From Felis catus (taxonomy: Eukaryota): 64,000 bases of DNA. The notes beneath the pieces are model-generated. The model did not search any database, was not told where the DNA came from, and saw only the letters and a program-made list of their open reading frames with translations. A program made the translations under genes and the position numbers. The stretch spans positions 117,614,001-117,678,000 of the forward strand of contig NC_058369.1 of NCBI RefSeq assembly GCF_018350175.1. Reading direction: 5' to 3'. This document shows, piece after piece, positions 63,571-64,000 of the stretch (position 1 is the first letter of the stretch; each line of letters opens with the position of its first letter).

Positions 63571-64000
63571 TAGATATCCTTTTCTTTAGGGTCAGTTATT
63601 AGAGCTTTATTAGTTTCCTTTGATGGTGTCATAGTTACCCGACTTTTTTGTGATCCTTGATTCTTTATGTTGATATCTGTTCATTTGAGTAATGGAGCTA
63701 CTCTTAGACACTTTACAAGTTTGCTTTGGGAGAGATAGCTCTTCACCTGTCAGCCCAGTTTGGGTTTCTTGGTGTGTTTTCTGGTAATTTTATTGGACAA
63801 GTGGGGCCTTCTGTTATGGTCTATGTGGGGGGCAAGGCAACTGTTCAAGCTCTAAGGATAGGGATAGGGATGGGGGTTTATCCACTGGCTGAGGGCAGTT
63901 AGAGGAGTTTTCCTACCCAAGTGAGGCTGTAGGATGCATTCTGAAGTTGCCTGGATTCACTGGTCAGGTATACTAGATGGTTGGGACTGGGTACTATATT

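Larger units (their letters stand above)
60485..64000 (-). mobile_element. Large decayed LINE-1 (5' region, ORF1, inter-ORF spacer, ORF2 endonuclease to start of RT)
   Basis: ORF1 pieces (QIHETQRIPSRLN...RHIIIKLSKLKDIERILRTAREKREVTHKG; KEKNCQPR) and ORF2 endonuclease (RDKEGHFIIIK...IVNIYA...IIVGDINTP); frameshifts and stops. Confidence 0.95.

Overview
Mammalian genomic DNA, almost certainly from a felid (cat family), based on many tRNA-derived CAN-SINE/SINEC_Fc copies and felid-type L1 3' ends. I recognise no protein-coding gene, so the window reads as intergenic or deep-intronic sequence. It is dominated by transposable elements: about 17 carnivore SINEs of several ages (many with target-site duplications, TSDs), young and old LINE-1 pieces including a ~3.5 kb minus-strand L1 with decayed ORF1/ORF2 at the right end, L2, CR1/L3 and MIR remnants, MaLR/ERVL solo LTRs, a ~1.9 kb Charlie1-type hAT element, MER3-like and MADE2-like pieces, microsatellites, and seven N-runs of 132-229 nt. 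All ORFs I can assign are TE-derived. The most unusual structures are: (1) nested fold-back palindromes plus a perfect 133-bp tandem duplication inside an old L1 (41449-41732); (2) SINEs inserted independently at the homologous site of two separate L1 copies; (3) two tandem SINEs sharing a triplicated target motif; (4) a young L1 with a likely short 3' transduction; (5) a CpG-rich unique segment (~14.9-15.7 kb) with a TATA palindrome and a strong minus-strand splice donor, a candidate promoter/first exon. I found no convincing new biological system. Repeat family names come from recalled consensus motifs, not from a database search, and boundaries of old elements are approximate.
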